This document shows, one piece after another, positions 11,296-24,886 of a DNA stretch of 64,000 nucleotides. The translations under genes and the position numbers were made by a program. Origin of the DNA: Podarcis cretensis (lineage: Eukaryota); contig OX638152.1 of assembly GCA_951804945.1 (NCBI GenBank), positions 104,284,001 through 104,348,000 on the forward strand, in the 5' to 3' direction. Below the pieces are notes generated by a model that saw nothing but the letters and a program-made list of their open reading frames with translations, was not told the origin of the DNA and searched no databases. Numbering within the stretch: position 1 is the first letter of the stretch; each line of letters starts with the position of its first letter.

Positions 11296-12122
11296 GTAAA
11301 ATGGGAAAAACACTGTAGGGAGTTGGGAAGCCACCACCAACAGCAACATAGCATCCCGCCATTTAGTGCTAACTATAGCATATTGGCCTGTCTCGCTGCT
11401 GTTGCTGCTGTTGCTGCATGACATTGGGCCTGATCCAGACTGGCTTGGAGCTGGTGCAGAGATTGGACCCAATTGCCCTGCCCCCCCTCACTTGCTGCTG
11501 CTTCAGGCGCCATGAGCAGCTGGGCTGTGGCTTCTGTGGTGGCTAAACCACACTTCACCTCAGGCCTTTTTGAACATCTGCAACATTCATTGTGGTCTTG
11601 CAAATATATCACAAGTTATGATGGAGCAGTGCAGATTTAACAAACTTGTAGTTAGGCTATCATGAGATCGGTACTCTCCTGGCTCACCTTAATCAACGTG
11701 AGGCATTACTGCTCCAGCGCAGATGTTCACAGAGGTGAAAGTTCATCAGATTTCCATTTAGCCAGAGTTGCTCTCAGCTTCAAATCCTGGTTAAGCGAAT
11801 TTCTCCATTCTGTTTTGCAGCATTTCTTCAAGTCTAGATTCAAAATACACATTTTGTAGAATGTGTTTATTCAGTATAGGATGTTGTTCCTGTTTAGACT
11901 AAATCTGTTTAGAGCTGGGGAATTGATAATAGATTCTGACTGAATGACACTTCCTGATCTGATAAATTTCCCCATTCTAAATTATTAAGCTGTCTTCTGC
12001 TTCCTGTTTCCTATCTTCCATTGTTCTTTTCCCTTTGTCTCCTACTTTGTCTCCTCCCCTGCTTGGTTTTGAGATTTTCCAGTTGTATTATTCACATAGT
12101 CACAACTCACTGTCTCTCCTGC

Positions 12123-12665
12123 CATAAGAACATAATAAGAGGTCTGCTGGATCAGACCAACAGCCCACCTAATCCAGCCCCCTGTTCTCAAAGTGGCTAA
12201 CCAGGTGCGCCAGGGAGCCTGCAGGCAGCCGAGGAGACCTATGGTCCTCTTCCTCCGCAGTTCAGAGACTGGTCTTCAGAGGCATGCCGCTTATGATCCC
12301 GGAGGCCATATATAATCTCTGTCACGACTAGTAGTGGTTTTATCCTTCACACATTTGTCCAGATCCCTTTTAAAGCCACTCAAGGTGATGGCCACCACAT
12401 CATCTTGTGGAAGTGAATTCCATAGTTCAAATATGTCCCATGTGACCAAGTACTTTGTTTGTCTGTCCTGAACTTCTATGGGACAGGAAGCAAATCATCT
12501 TTCTACTCAATTTCTCCAAATCATGCATAATTATGTACATCTGTATCATTTCCCCATCCATTATTTATTTAACCCCCCACTCATGTTGTAACACAACGGG
12601 GAAAAGCTCCAGCCTTCTGATCATTTGCTTTGCCCTTCTGTGCACTTTTTTCAGCTGTACAATGT
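12123..12665 (-). mobile_element. CR1-type LINE 3' end, old
   Basis: CATAAGAACATAA tail complement followed by ctgctggatcagacca..., then degraded ORF2 complement. Confidence 0.7.
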
Positions 12666-15600
12666 TGCTACTACAATGCCCAATCTTCTTAAAATGTAGA
12701 TTTTTCTCCAGAGGTGTTTAGCAAGAAACGCCTCTAATGTAATGATAAATGTGAGAAAGCAGACACATTCTGTTATCACAAATGCCTACTATGATTTATT
12801 TCCAGCACGGGAGCCTCTCATGGAGATATGTGGGCAAAACAAATTGAAATCAGAAGGGTATTTTCCTTTCTTACTATCTGATAGGATTTGGGTCCTCCCT
12901 CACTTGCCCCTTGCAAATTTTTGTGTATGTCCTTGGGCTGTGCAGAAAGTACACACATTTGTGGAATCACAAGGGAATTCTTTTTAGATGAAAAAGAGAT
13001 GTGTGGGACAGCTTAGTGAGAATGAATTAGAGGTATTTTTTCCTCCAAACATCTGTCAGCCACAGGGAAGAATAGAGATGGTAGAATAATTTAATGCATG
13101 AAAAATGATTTCTTGACATTGTTACAATATACTTGAACCTCGTTAGGTGTTCAGTCACATTCCTCCACCTCAGAATATTTTCTAACTCAGTTTTATACCA
13201 GGAACAGCTCATAGCCTTAACAAATATATATTGGCGAACATTAACACATGTTAATGTTCTACAGAGGGTAGGAGGGCCATTGGAAAGTGTCAGTGATTCA
13301 ATGATCTATGGCTTTCTTGCCATTGGGTTGTATATTTTTATAGACTGTTTAGGGTTAGCAAATAGGATTGGAAAGGAAACCCACTGTTCATGTCATGAGT
13401 ACAGCAAGACAAACAGAATATGAAGAAGCTTATGGCACCGGCAGCTTTTCAACTGGTTCAGTGCATGTTGGGAAGTAAAATTTCTTCTCCATCCCACCTG
13501 CAAAGCTCGGATATTTTCTCTCCTTAAGAAAACTCCCACTTCATTGTGGCTCTTTCAAGAGACTCACACACTCAACTGCTTTTATTCCCGGTCTTTCCTT
13601 GAAGGCAATGAAGTGGGGGGGACGGACGGATGCCCTACTGATTTAAAAGATATATTAAGAGAGATCAATGACACAATGTCACTGACAATTGAATTCATGT
13701 AAAGCTCCTCAGAGTGTTAGAAAATAAAGTGGAAGCCACAGAGTTTCATTCCTTTTATCTCTTTGATCCCCATGTTCAAGACTAGCAAAGGCCTGCAGCA
13801 GTGCTTAGACTGTAACACTGTCATGAGAGGAGCTATTATTGACTTTGGCATTACTGAGCACATGGTGCCAGTTTACTGAAGCCAGAGATGCTGATTTTTA
13901 TTTTTATTTATTATTTTTAGCTCAGCCACAATTTCTGCAACAGCAGAACTCGTCATGATGGCACTGATGTTTTGTCTTAAGGAATGAGCTACTTGTCATC
14001 AATAGCATTTATGGGATGGTTCAAAGGGTGTGCATTTTTCTTAATGGTTTAATCAGAAAGGATTTAACTTGTTAATCTGTAAAAGGAAGTTCAGCACATA
14101 ACCCATTGGGAAATTGCTTCCCTCAGTTATGGAGGAGGAAATCACCCAGTTCTGCATGGATTTCTAGCTCTCTGAAGACAAACTGATATGTCTTTGAAAT
14201 GATGCAAAATTCTCATAGGTTTGTGAGAATTAAATTGTGTGCCATCCACACTTTCATTTCTCCCACGATTTCTACTATTTTGCATTGGTCTATTATCACA
14301 GGTCTGAGGTTTTTTTTTGTTGGTAATGTCCTGGGAAAACCCGCTATTTACTGCTGAATCAAACATCAATCTGTGGAAAAAACAAATACAAAATTGTCCC
14401 TCTTCTGAGCCAGTCCTAAAACAGCTCCTGAATGGGGTTTGCTTGCTTACCCGGGAGCTGTGTTGGGGTTGGTCTGCTCCCACCTCCTTTTTTTCTTTCC
14501 CCAGCTATCCCTGTAGGATAGTTTTCCAATGGTCTCTCCAGCCTGCAACAGCAAACTTAGTTTCCTCAGCATGCTTCAACTTTTATTTATTTATTTTTAC
14601 TTTCCCCTGTTTGGTGCTCATATAAAAGCTGCAATCAAACAATAGATGTACAAAATGAATGTGTGTGATCCTGCTCAGTTGTTTTGACTTGTTTTCATGG
14701 TTCCAATCCCAGTTTTATTTTCTGTCTTGTATTGGAAGTGTCCTGGCTCCTTTTGTGTGTGCTAAATGCTTGTCAGTTTATCCAGTTTTCTGCTAATCTG
14801 GTTTTCTGATTCCTTTGGAGTGAATGTTAGTTTTTTTAAAAAAATAATAAAGTGGACCCTGGGACTTATCCTTCACACCCAGTGGTTTGAAGAGAAGAGA
14901 ATTCCACCTTCATACAAGATCCCGCTCTCTCAGCTGTTCTGGCCAGAAATAAAGACCTCCTCAAGGAAGCAGGAATGTCTGTTGTTGTAGTAGTTAGCAG
15001 AGGCGAGCAATGGACAATAGTTTTATCTGAGTGCTGAAGATGTTAAATGAGAGGTACTGCTCCCCATAGTGAGTATATTCATCTGCCCACCACATTGGGT
15101 AAAGAGGTTTTGTGGCTGTTGGAAAGGCTACAAAGGGAGGTTGCAGGTTTTGGTGTTCTTTCCCAGGCCTGCAAAACCTGTTTTGTCGCAGTCTTATCTG
15201 ACAAAATAACAGCCTGAAGACAATACCCCTACCACACCTTTCAGTGCTAATAAGGGATTGTATCCAGCTAGAGACAAACAGAATCTGATATGTTGCCTGA
15301 TATTAACCTCGAAGAAACCTGAAGCCCACTTTTGCAACAACCTTGATTTATGAGTTCATCATTTATTATTGAAGGCATGTATCCTGTGAAGTACATTGCC
15401 AAGGTGCTTCTTTTTAATCCTGAGAACTGACTTTGAATCATGTATCCAGGCTGTACCTTTACTGCTTTTACAGGAAGCTATAAAGCCCCCAAACTTTCCC
15501 TAGCTTTGCAGCCTTGCCCTCTTTCAGCCCTGAGCTCCCTCTTCAGCACTGTTGCAAGCTCATTTTTATTTCCAGAATTTTGTCAGGAATTTAGCTACTG

Positions 15601-16512
15601 CTAGAATTGCCAGCTGGCTGCTGAGTTGCCAGCCTAGCTGTTATTTTGGTTAATTAGCCAGTTGAGTTGACTGCAAGAGCCTCTTATGGGCAATTGCACC
15701 AACTGACATTTGTGTGTTGCTCCTCTTGGTGCCATAAGTGGAGGGCTTTCCTGCTGAAAGACATGCCGGCTGTCTCAGGCTCTAGCAAAATGCATCCAGA
15801 AAGGGTGGTTCTCATTCCCATCTTGATGTTGTATGCTTGCCTCTTCTCCCGCCTCTCTCCCTGCTGCCCCCCACATACCTTCCCAGGCTCTTCTATTGTG
15901 ACATGCAATGGCTGGGGCTGTTTTTCTGCTTCTCTTCATCAAGAAGAATTTGCAGACCCAATGCCAACACAGCAGAAGGAAATGACGGCTGCTGCTAGGG
16001 CAGTGTTGCCAACCCATACTGCTACAGCCTGGACCCACAGGCTGCTTTCTCCTGCATGCCCAGATGCTCTTTAGAAATAGGTTTTTAGGGGAAGGTTAGG
16101 CCCACAGGCAAAATGGGTTTTCAGCACATTCCAAGAACGCAATCTTTTCAATTATAAGGTTTTAAAAAACACCTTCAAACCAACTCTCTTTCTCAGCTTT
16201 TTTCTGTGGTGCTGATGGGCTAGTTACATATTACATGCTAGTGTATATTATCCCCTGGATGTTATATATAACATAGCCACTTTGGGGAAAGGGGAGATTT
16301 AGAATGAAGAACTGCAAGGGAGAAAGGGGCTCAACCCTTTCATTGTCCACTTTTCCCCCTTCTACAAATTGTACCTTCAGCAGGTATTTTTCTCCACAGT
16401 TTCAGATGCATGCCTGATCTTACAGATGTGGGTTTTGAACCCTTGAGAAAAGTATTGGCTTAACTGGAGCAGAGCAATGCCCTTTCCCCACTGATTTTCC
16501 ATTCCGAATTTC

Positions 16513-16716
16513 TCATCCCAAAATGGCTGCTTAAAACATGCATTTGGATAGTGTAGATTGTGCAAACAAAGACGTGCTCTCTCTCCCAAGCCCACATTCC
16601 CAGCATGTCCACAATCATCCCAAAATGGCTGCTTAAAACATGCATTTGGATAGTGTAGATTGTGCAAACAAAGACGTGCTCTCTCTCCCAAGCCCACATT
16701 CCCAGCATGTCCACAA
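16513..16716. repeat. Perfect 102-bp tandem duplication
   Basis: 16513-16614 repeated at 16615-16716; also visible as repeated peptides in the ORF track. Confidence 0.95.
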
Positions 16717-17155
16717 TCCTGTCTCTGCAACCTCTGCACTGGATTGGTCATGTCCACAGAATGGAAGATGGCAGGATCCCCAAGTAGGTGATCTACAGGA
16801 AGCTAGGTTCAGGCAACCAGGCCTGTTGGCAGACAAACTCTGTGCTAAGAAGATGTCTGCAAACGTGACATGAAGGCTGGCAACATTAACCCTGCAATGC
16901 CTGGAGACAGTCAGGTTGTTTATCCATAGCAGTGACCAGAGGACAAATGACCATTGGGAGGAGTGCAGAGAGAAGAATCACCTTGGTGAATGTGCATCAG
17001 CACAACTGGACGCCTTCATCTGCCCCACCTGCAACAAAACATCTCTCTCCTGTATCAGTCTCTACAGCCACAGCTGGCGATGTAACTTTCAACAGTTTGA
17101 CTTCACCCCTAAAGGCACACACACCTGTTGTCTCCCGAGACAGACAGATGCCCAC
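16660..17155 (+). mobile_element. RTE-clade LINE 3' fragment, degraded
   Basis: Frameshifted motifs NKDVL..AHIPSM, WIGHVHRMEDGRIPK, DVCKRDMKAGNIN, FICPTCNKT.LS.I.LYSH. Confidence 0.8.
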
Positions 17156-17749
17156 CAAACAGTTCAGTACCCACAATGGTCCCTACAGTGACTCCAAATT
17201 CTGGATGTCAGCCATTGGCACGCAAAGCCTGCTGGGTGGCTTTACTTCAGGGGCAGCTCTGTAGGTTGTCCAAGTGTAACTGTGCTGTAAACTTAAATGA
17301 TTTGTGTAGCTTGAACTTTTAAACGCAACTGATGAGAGTAAAAATGACACCAGCCTTGTGCTCATATAGATCTATTATATCTTGAAGTTGGTCCATGCAT
17401 ACTAAAGAGAGCACATTTGGAAATCACAAGTCACTTAAAATGTCTCTTGCCTGGAATATGTCTGGATTTCCTGCCAATATGAGGAGTGACGTCAAATAAT
17501 AGGTGCTATTACTGGAGCATGAAATGATTAGTTAAAGTTCACAGTGCTTGGCTAGATCATTTAGACCCTTATTAGGCAAAAAGAAGAAAAAAGAAATTGT
17601 GAGTGATTTGTGTGTGTGTTCCTTTTAAAAAATGTAACTGCTCCAACAACTTTGGCATACAATTCTTATTCCGCACTGCGGCCCCAGTCCAGTACATGGA
17701 GGCAAGTTTCTACGTGATACACCTAGCAGGTTGAGAACTTGCCGGGGGG

Positions 17750-17932
17750 GGGGGCTGTGGCTCAGTGACAGAGCCCTTGTTTTGTAGGGAAATAATTCCT
17801 TGTTCTGCCCCCAGCATTTGCGCCTGGGTGCGCTAAGGTAGCAAGGTTAGGGAGAACTCTGCCTGAGGCCTAGGGGAGAGAGCGCCACTGCCTGTTAAAG
17901 ATGGCTGGATGGGGTAGCTTCATATTGTTCCT
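17750..17932 (+). mobile_element. tRNA-derived SINE (Squam3-like), old
   Basis: ggggctgtggctcagtgacagagc A-box head and ...agcttcatattgttcct tail; related to 37598. Confidence 0.5.
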
Positions 17933-19663
17933 GTAGTAATAATAGTGCACCCACCGCCTGTCCACAATGGGCACTGATCAGATATTGGGAGGAGGGACGC
18001 AGAACCATTTTTCTCCTTTACAGTCAATCAGCACCATTGCCTGTTATTTGACAGTTTGTATAGCAGAGATCACTAACCTGATGCCACGTTGGCTACCTTT
18101 GCTCAGCATCATGCTAAGGCTGGGTTGGTGGTGTGGCATTCAATGCGTGGTATTTGCCTGTATGTGGAATCTAGGTTAACCCAGATCAGGAGGGCATCCA
18201 GCTTGACTTAAGATGGATTGACAAGCTGTCCTTCCTTTCGTTCTTGCCGTTTGTCTAACGATCTGCACGGGAGTTCCCCTGTGTATTCTGTGACACTTAT
18301 TAGCAAGTGTGCAGGGCTGAGGCAACTGTTGTTTATATCCATATCTCACCTGTGATAACTTTAACAAGAAATGACATGAGCTAGCGTCTGGAGCTGGCTG
18401 AAGGTCACAGCCAGTTTGCAAAGGAAGCCCAGTGCAGCCCCTTCTCCAGCGCTGGGCCTTGCCAATTCAGATTTGTCGAGAGCAGCCGGCTGAGTCATTT
18501 CACATCATTAATGCCAAAACGACTGAGGGCATGCTACCTGCTTTAGCTTCTCAGTTCCAGGAGTAGAAGCACACAGAGCTATTAGCGCACCTCATTCACA
18601 TCTTAGATAAGAATGTTGGAATAGTTCCACATGGCAGATGAACAAAAGAAGTCATTAGGCTTATGCTTGTCCACATCTACTCAAGTGGCTGACATTCCCT
18701 GCCTTTGCTGTTTTAAATCAAGACTGATTTACTGCATTGCCTTTTTTGTGAGGGTTGTGTAAAAAAGAAAAGAAAAAAGAACCCCCTTCTGCACATCACA
18801 TGCAGTCCATTAGAGCAGCTAACCTACATTTTCCACTGCAAACAGCTTCTGTTGTACACATTATGCCCTTAATAGTGCTATAACAACAACATGTGCATTT
18901 GCAGCTCTGATAATGGCAGTAATTACTGGAATGCCTATAACTGGTGCAGCTGTGTGGCTAAAAGAGTGAGCAAAGGTTGTTCTCCCACTTCTGCAGCCCC
19001 GTCTGCAGGATGTGAAGGTAGGAAGACATTCTTCAGCAACCTACTTCAGTTGGGGGCAAGTGAAAGCTTTAAAATTGTCAGAGGCATGAGGACCTATCAG
19101 TAAGCACAGTAGTCGTAGGAGTTTGTTTTGAAATTGGTCTTCGTTATATGGAATTTTTTCTTTCTGCTAGTAGTCTACATTGGCTATCTGTCTAATTCAG
19201 CAACGATCTTCTAATGTGGAATTGAACCAAATATTGACTCATAGACTTGGTGACTATGCTACACCCTCCCATCCGCTACATACTTCAGACCAGTTTTGAG
19301 CAAAATACTAGAGGCACCTGCTTCTTGTATGCATCATGGACTGTGTATACACAAAATCTTATTCTAGAATCAGTGGAGTCTGGGTACTTGTTCTTGTTGT
19401 TTTACATATTCCACACACAATCGAGATATGTTGCCTTTGCCCCTGAAAAGTACTTCTTGAGAAACTGGTTTCATTCTGAAAATGAAAGCTCATTGCAGAT
19501 TGATTCTGTCCAAGCAGTGTGTCCACTTGAAAACAGGTTCCGGCAGCCCAAGCAATGGGGGTGTAGCCACACCTGCCCATGGGGGGGGAGGGCATCAAGA
19601 TTGCAATTGCCACTTCCTTCATTCACTTTAGGCATGTGAAAGGAGGAAAATGCATGTACAGTA

Positions 19664-19852
19664 CAGTGGTACCTCGGGTTACAGATGCTTCAGGTTACAG
19701 AAAAAGTACCTCGGGTTAAGAACTTTGCTTCAAGATGAGAACAGAAATCGCATGGTGGCAGTTGGAGGCCCCATTAGCTTCAGGTTAAGAACAATTTCAG
19801 GTTAAGAACGGACCTCCAGAACGAATTAAGTACATAACCTGAGGTACCACTG
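19664..19852 (+). mobile_element. Tc1/mariner MITE
   Basis: TIR CAGTGGTACCTC...GAGGTACCACTG; TA TSD. Confidence 0.9.
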
Positions 19853-20071
19853 TATAAACTACGTACTCAAAGAGGGGGTGTCCAAATGTGCATAAAGTAA
19901 GCACAGCCAGTCTTGCGAATGGCAAGGCCTAGAATCAATCTAGCATAAAAGCAGCATGCTAGCTGAGGACAAGCATGAACGATTCTGAATTGAGAAAAAC
20001 TACATTTTTGTATTACAAATGGTTTAGTGTGTACGCAACCTTTGTCCCCTTTGGGGTTTGGGTGATTGCAA

Positions 20072-20160
20072 AATCATAGAAGCATAAAATCATAGAAGAA
20101 CTGTAGATTTGGAAGGAACCCCAAGGGTCATTTAGTCCAACCCACTGCAGTGCAGGAACC
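20072..20160 (-). mobile_element. CR1 3' UTR tail fragment
   Basis: aatcatagaa repeats followed by ttggaaggaaccccaagggtcatttagtccaacccactgc. Confidence 0.75.
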
Positions 20161-20714
20161 TCAACTAAAACAACAGGGGGAGCTGACTTGGGCCCGGGAT
20201 TATGGGTGCGCAGCGTGCATGACGCCATGAAATCACATTGTGACAAGGCATCACGGCGTCACACGCCCCTCCCCCAGCCTCAACTTGACTTCTGGTTCTG
20301 AGGCCTCGCAAGGCCTGGGACACATGTCTGAGGTCTTGTGAGGCCTCAGACATAGACAAAACAAGAAATGGCAGTTGCTTAGCTGCCCCTTTTGTTGCTG
20401 CAAGGCAGTTGTGGATTGGAACACTGTCGCTCAAAGTGCCAATAGCATAATTGAGCGTTAGGTTTGCCTCTTTATGGACAAAGTAATGAAAGAGAGAGAT
20501 ATCAAAAGCTATTAAGCATGATAAGTACTGGTTTGGTCATTGCTGCTTTTCAGAACTCCTAAAGAACCCACTATTCTGCTGGGCTTGATCCATGGTAATT
20601 TGCTTTTTTTGGAACATCTGTATGATGGAAGAAAGACAAATCATTTGTCTTTTCTTGCCTCTGACAAGGGTTATGGAAATCAATGGAAAGATTCCTAATG
20701 CAGGATTGTGGCTT

Positions 20715-20805
20715 CTTAGATATTGTTGGACTATAACTCCCATAATCTGTGACCATTGGTCATGCTGGCTAGGGCTGATGGGTAACTCCCATCCAATAAC
20801 CACTG
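20715..20805. mobile_element. hAT-like MITE remnant
   Basis: ggactataactcccat...ggtcatgctggctagggctgatggg core shared with 29303-29428. Confidence 0.5.
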
Positions 20806-21984
20806 GGGGGGGCACAGATCCCCCACGCAATTATGATGGGATTTCTATTTTTAAAAAATGTCAACTTCTGAAATAAATTTAGATGAGTCAATTTCATGCT
20901 AACAAAGGCCTTCCATTTAAGATGCTTCCATTCATACATTGCATCCAATAAACTTTCCCTTTGTCCCTCGGGGTTATCACATTCCCTTTTTGCTTGGGAA
21001 TACTTGAACCAACTCTAGCACAAGTTGCAATATATTTCACATACAGTGATGAGCAATAAGAGTAAAAAGGGAACATTAACAGCGGCTTACAGCAGAACAA
21101 CAAGGAAGCTGTTTGTATTAATTATCCTGTAAACAAAAAACACAACAAGGAAAAAACAGATTACATGCTCTTACATTAGATGGAACAAGAGAGTGAAGCA
21201 TCCGCTGAATTATTTCTTTGATCTGAGGGAAAACAGTTCCTGGTGAATTAGAGTCCTGGAAAAGAGCCATGGAAACTAAATGGTTGAAGAATGAAAACAT
21301 GCAAAAATACGTAAAGGATTCCATTTCTGATAGTTAAATTTTGTTTCCATGGCAATGAAAATGTTGTTATTTGCTTCTGGTGACCTAATCGGCCTACTGG
21401 GCTCTGAAAGTTAAAATCTGGGCTGAGGATTCAAACAAAACAGAACAGAAAAGAACTTGCAAAGTTTTGAAGAGTGTTGCTGCATTTCTGACTGTTTACC
21501 ACTTTCTCAAAAGGGACTTTAATGTCCTCCTAGCCAGAAGCATCTCAGATTCTTCGCTAACAAGCTAGTGCCAGAGGTATTCATGATGTTAGTACCCTTT
21601 CTTATGCCCACCTGGTTTGTTTTGCTTCCACCCTCTGGAAATGTGTTGCCATCTTTGTCTTTTGTTTCTTCCTTTTATTCTGCTTCATAGTATTTTGCTA
21701 TTCCCAGTGATGCCAACATCCTTAAGAAAGCAACAACAGTCTCTTTCCATTCACATGATAATGCGTGGTGTCTACTATCAAAGCATGGCGTGAAATGCAG
21801 CCTGGGCTTCCAGGCAGGCTCCTCTGCTGGAAGACTGGGTGTGGACACCCTTCACCAATTCCTATTTTTATTGGGCAGGAAACGTTACACAATTTTAATA
21901 TTTTAAAAAGGATTTTATAGTCTTGGCAAAGCTGCTGGATCCAGTCAAGGTTGGTTTTGATTTTATGTTGGCAATTAGTGCCTT

Positions 21985-21998
21985 GTTGCCATGGCAAC
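21985..21998. promoter_or_regulatory. Perfect palindromic RFX X-box
   Basis: GTTGCCATGGCAAC; near-matches at 21343-21356 (GTTTCCATGGCAAT) and about 21264-21276. Confidence 0.45.
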
Positions 21999-23324
21999 CA
22001 CACTTCACATGGTTCTTGGAAATTAAACGGCTGAACGTGAGTCCCTTCTTTCTTTTAGCCTCTGCAGTTAAAGGCGCTCACTGTGTGTGAGAGATTTTGA
22101 TTACAGATCCCCATAAAATATCTATAAACATGCACCATAACAGAAGAGCTCCATCAATTAAAACCAAGTATTCAATAATTTATTCTTTAATTAAAGCACC
22201 CTGCTTTTCCTTTTGCTCTAACCTTTCAAGTGTTAAAGGAGACATAAGAGCTAATTATTTTGCAAGGAGTACTTTTTAAAAATTAACAAATTAACAGACA
22301 AGCATGAAGAGGAAGGGAGGCATGGGAGGTTTTCAAATGCATTACTTATCTGCATTTATTAAACACAATACAAATTGTTTTCAAAGTTAAATAACTAATT
22401 CAATAGTTTTTCTTAAAGGCTTGTGTATATGCGGGGGGGGGGGGAGATACATGTCACTCATATCTGCTACTGAGCAGGTTATGTCAATCTATGAAGGAGG
22501 TATAACCCACGTGTGAATTTTGAGCAGATCTACAAACATGATTTTTTGTGATAACAGAGGCTGTGAATGACACTGATTTCATTAAAACAGGACTAGAAGT
22601 GGAAATGAGAGCAATTGGAGAGTTCCAGTCTGTGTAGAAGTTATTATGCTTTCATCATTTCAGAACTTGCCATAAACTACACCCGGTTCTCACAATTGAA
22701 ACCTGTGTGTTACCACATCTGTTCATGTGTCACACACACACACAAACCAGCATCTTACACAAGTGTAGGTGGAAGAATCATTTTTGGAAACTTTACCGGA
22801 GAGAACTGTGTGCAACAGACATTTCTGCAAGGGACATTATTACTTTTAGAAATACCCTGCTTATTTGCAGCAACTGTAAGAACCAAACATATGCCAATTT
22901 AAATGAATATAGTTTATTTACACAAAATGGCAGACAAAGAGCAAAATAGCATTGTGGCTTAGAGTCCTATTACAGAAAGATAAAATAATAAGCTGGTTAG
23001 TAGTAAGTAACCACCCACATTGTCTGAATTGTAGAATAAGAATAAAGAGATAGGAAAAGGTGAAGATATTGCCTTATATGGAATGTAGCAGAGTGCTAGG
23101 GAAAAAGCAACCAGGTAAAATGAAATGGGCCTAAAACACACCAGATGGAAAACTTGAAATGGAAATTACTTGGCTTTGGACTATTGGGAGGTTCAGAGAC
23201 AGTGAGATTAGGGAAATAAAGGTCAATACACGAAAGAGGAGCAAGCTGCTAGTAGTTCCAAAGGAGAGTAATGGCCTGTGTTCCAGATAGACCTAGGGAG
23301 GAACGATCATGGCAAAGGCCAGAC

Positions 23325-23690
23325 CAAGCCTTATGAGGTATGTTCAGCCTGGATAAGAGAAGACTGAGAGGTGATATAATAGCCACCTTCAAATATCTAA
23401 AGGGCTGACACATGGAAGATGGAGCAAGATTGTTCTCTGCTGCTCCAGAATGACAGAAAACCAATGACTTCAATCAAGAAAGGATATTCTGACTAAACAT
23501 AAGCAATAGGTTTCTAATGGCAAGAGCTGTTGGACAATGGAAGGGACTATCTGGGAAGGTGGTTGACTCTCCTTCATTGGAGATTTTCTAAACAGGTGGG
23601 ACGGTTGCTTGCAAGGGATTCTTTAGTTGTGTTTCTTGCATTGCAGGGGAGTAGACTATATGACACTTGGAGTCCCTTCAGACTCTACAG
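23325..23690 (+). mobile_element. CR1 LINE 3' fragment
   Basis: GMFSLDKRRLRGDIIATFKYLKG; 3' UTR similar to 5460-5900. Confidence 0.85.
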
Positions 23691-24329
23691 GTTTTGGTTG
23701 CTGCTCTATGTGGAATTCATAGGTTGCCTTTGAGCTTAGTCCACTCACAACCCTGCAGTGTTCTGAATCCACTGAAGAAAAATTTTAAAAAGAAAAAAGA
23801 CCTTTCCTTTTGAGAAATGCTGACTTCCTGCAATCCTAACCCCGAGGGCAAAATAACAAACATCACTTGAGAAGCAGGGATACAGAGTGAGGAGGGAAGA
23901 GGACGAACTCCCACAGGCATCCACAGGATTGGAGCAGGCCTGAAGAAGGGGGGGGGGAGCATGGAGGACTGCAGCAGTCTCAGGGGAGAAAGAGCACACT
24001 AGGTGGTGGGGTGAGAGGCGTGCAGTCATCAGAAAGAGACTTACTTGAGGGGTGTTAACTTTAACACAAAGTCTTCTAGCCTAAAAACATGGTTAGCTAC
24101 ACAGTGAACTGTCAGAAGACATCACAATACATTTTTTTTCCTACTGAAGAGTGGCAGCAAGGGCAGAAGCAATCTCTGGCCAGTCAGAACTTACAGGATG
24201 CGACTGATGGACCATCGTGGGGAAAGGTAGAGAGAAATGCAAATTCAGAGTTCATCCGATGTCCCTTTGTTACTTTGAATAAGGGTTTCTAAGTCTGGGG
24301 GATTTACGTAGGCTTTGCACATATGCTTT

Positions 24330-24490
24330 CCTCTATGTTCTGCCTGCCTGGTCAGGCAATATGTTTCTGAATAACAATTGCTATTGTGGTTGGGGGCTGC
24401 TTGAGGGTTTTTCACAGGCCTCCAGGTGTTCACAGTGAGAACAAGATGCGCCATCGACCTGACCCCCCAGGCTCTTCTTATGTTCTTATG
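24330..24490 (+). mobile_element. CR1-type 3' UTR fragment
   Basis: Ends in caggctcttcttatgttcttatg, the (TTCTTATG)n tail. Confidence 0.6.
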
Positions 24491-24886
24491 TGAATGGTCT
24501 ACACATGTGATTTAGCCAAACTGAGGCTATGTGTCAAGGGGCACAGTCACCGCTGAAGAGTTGCAGTGCAGCCCCTGCATGGTCATGTTTAAAAGCAGCC
24601 ACCCATGTGGGTCCCTGCTTGGATGAATTAGGTCATTCAATGTTTTATTATTTAATTGATGTTTTATTCTTTAATTGCAGGTCAATCTGTTACTGTTACT
24701 AAACATATGTTGAAGAATAAATGATTTGACCTGCACATTGAAGACTTCTAAATACCACAAGGAAAAAGAACCTGATGCTGTTAAGGTATGGACAGATTTC
24801 CTATTTCTTAACGTCTTATTCAGATTAACCTGCCATTTCTCTAATTTTGCCCTATTCTAAATGCCGCCAGAGCTCAACATCTCTTT

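Noticed and set aside
11355-11580. CTG/CAG-rich GC patch with Ser/Ala-rich ORFs
   Set aside because: No convincing splice sites or recognisable protein
24045-24080. Possible 36-nt minus-strand micro-exon (tttttag|...|gtaagt)
   Set aside because: Such site pairs are expected by chance in 64 kb; peptide not recognised; no partner exons
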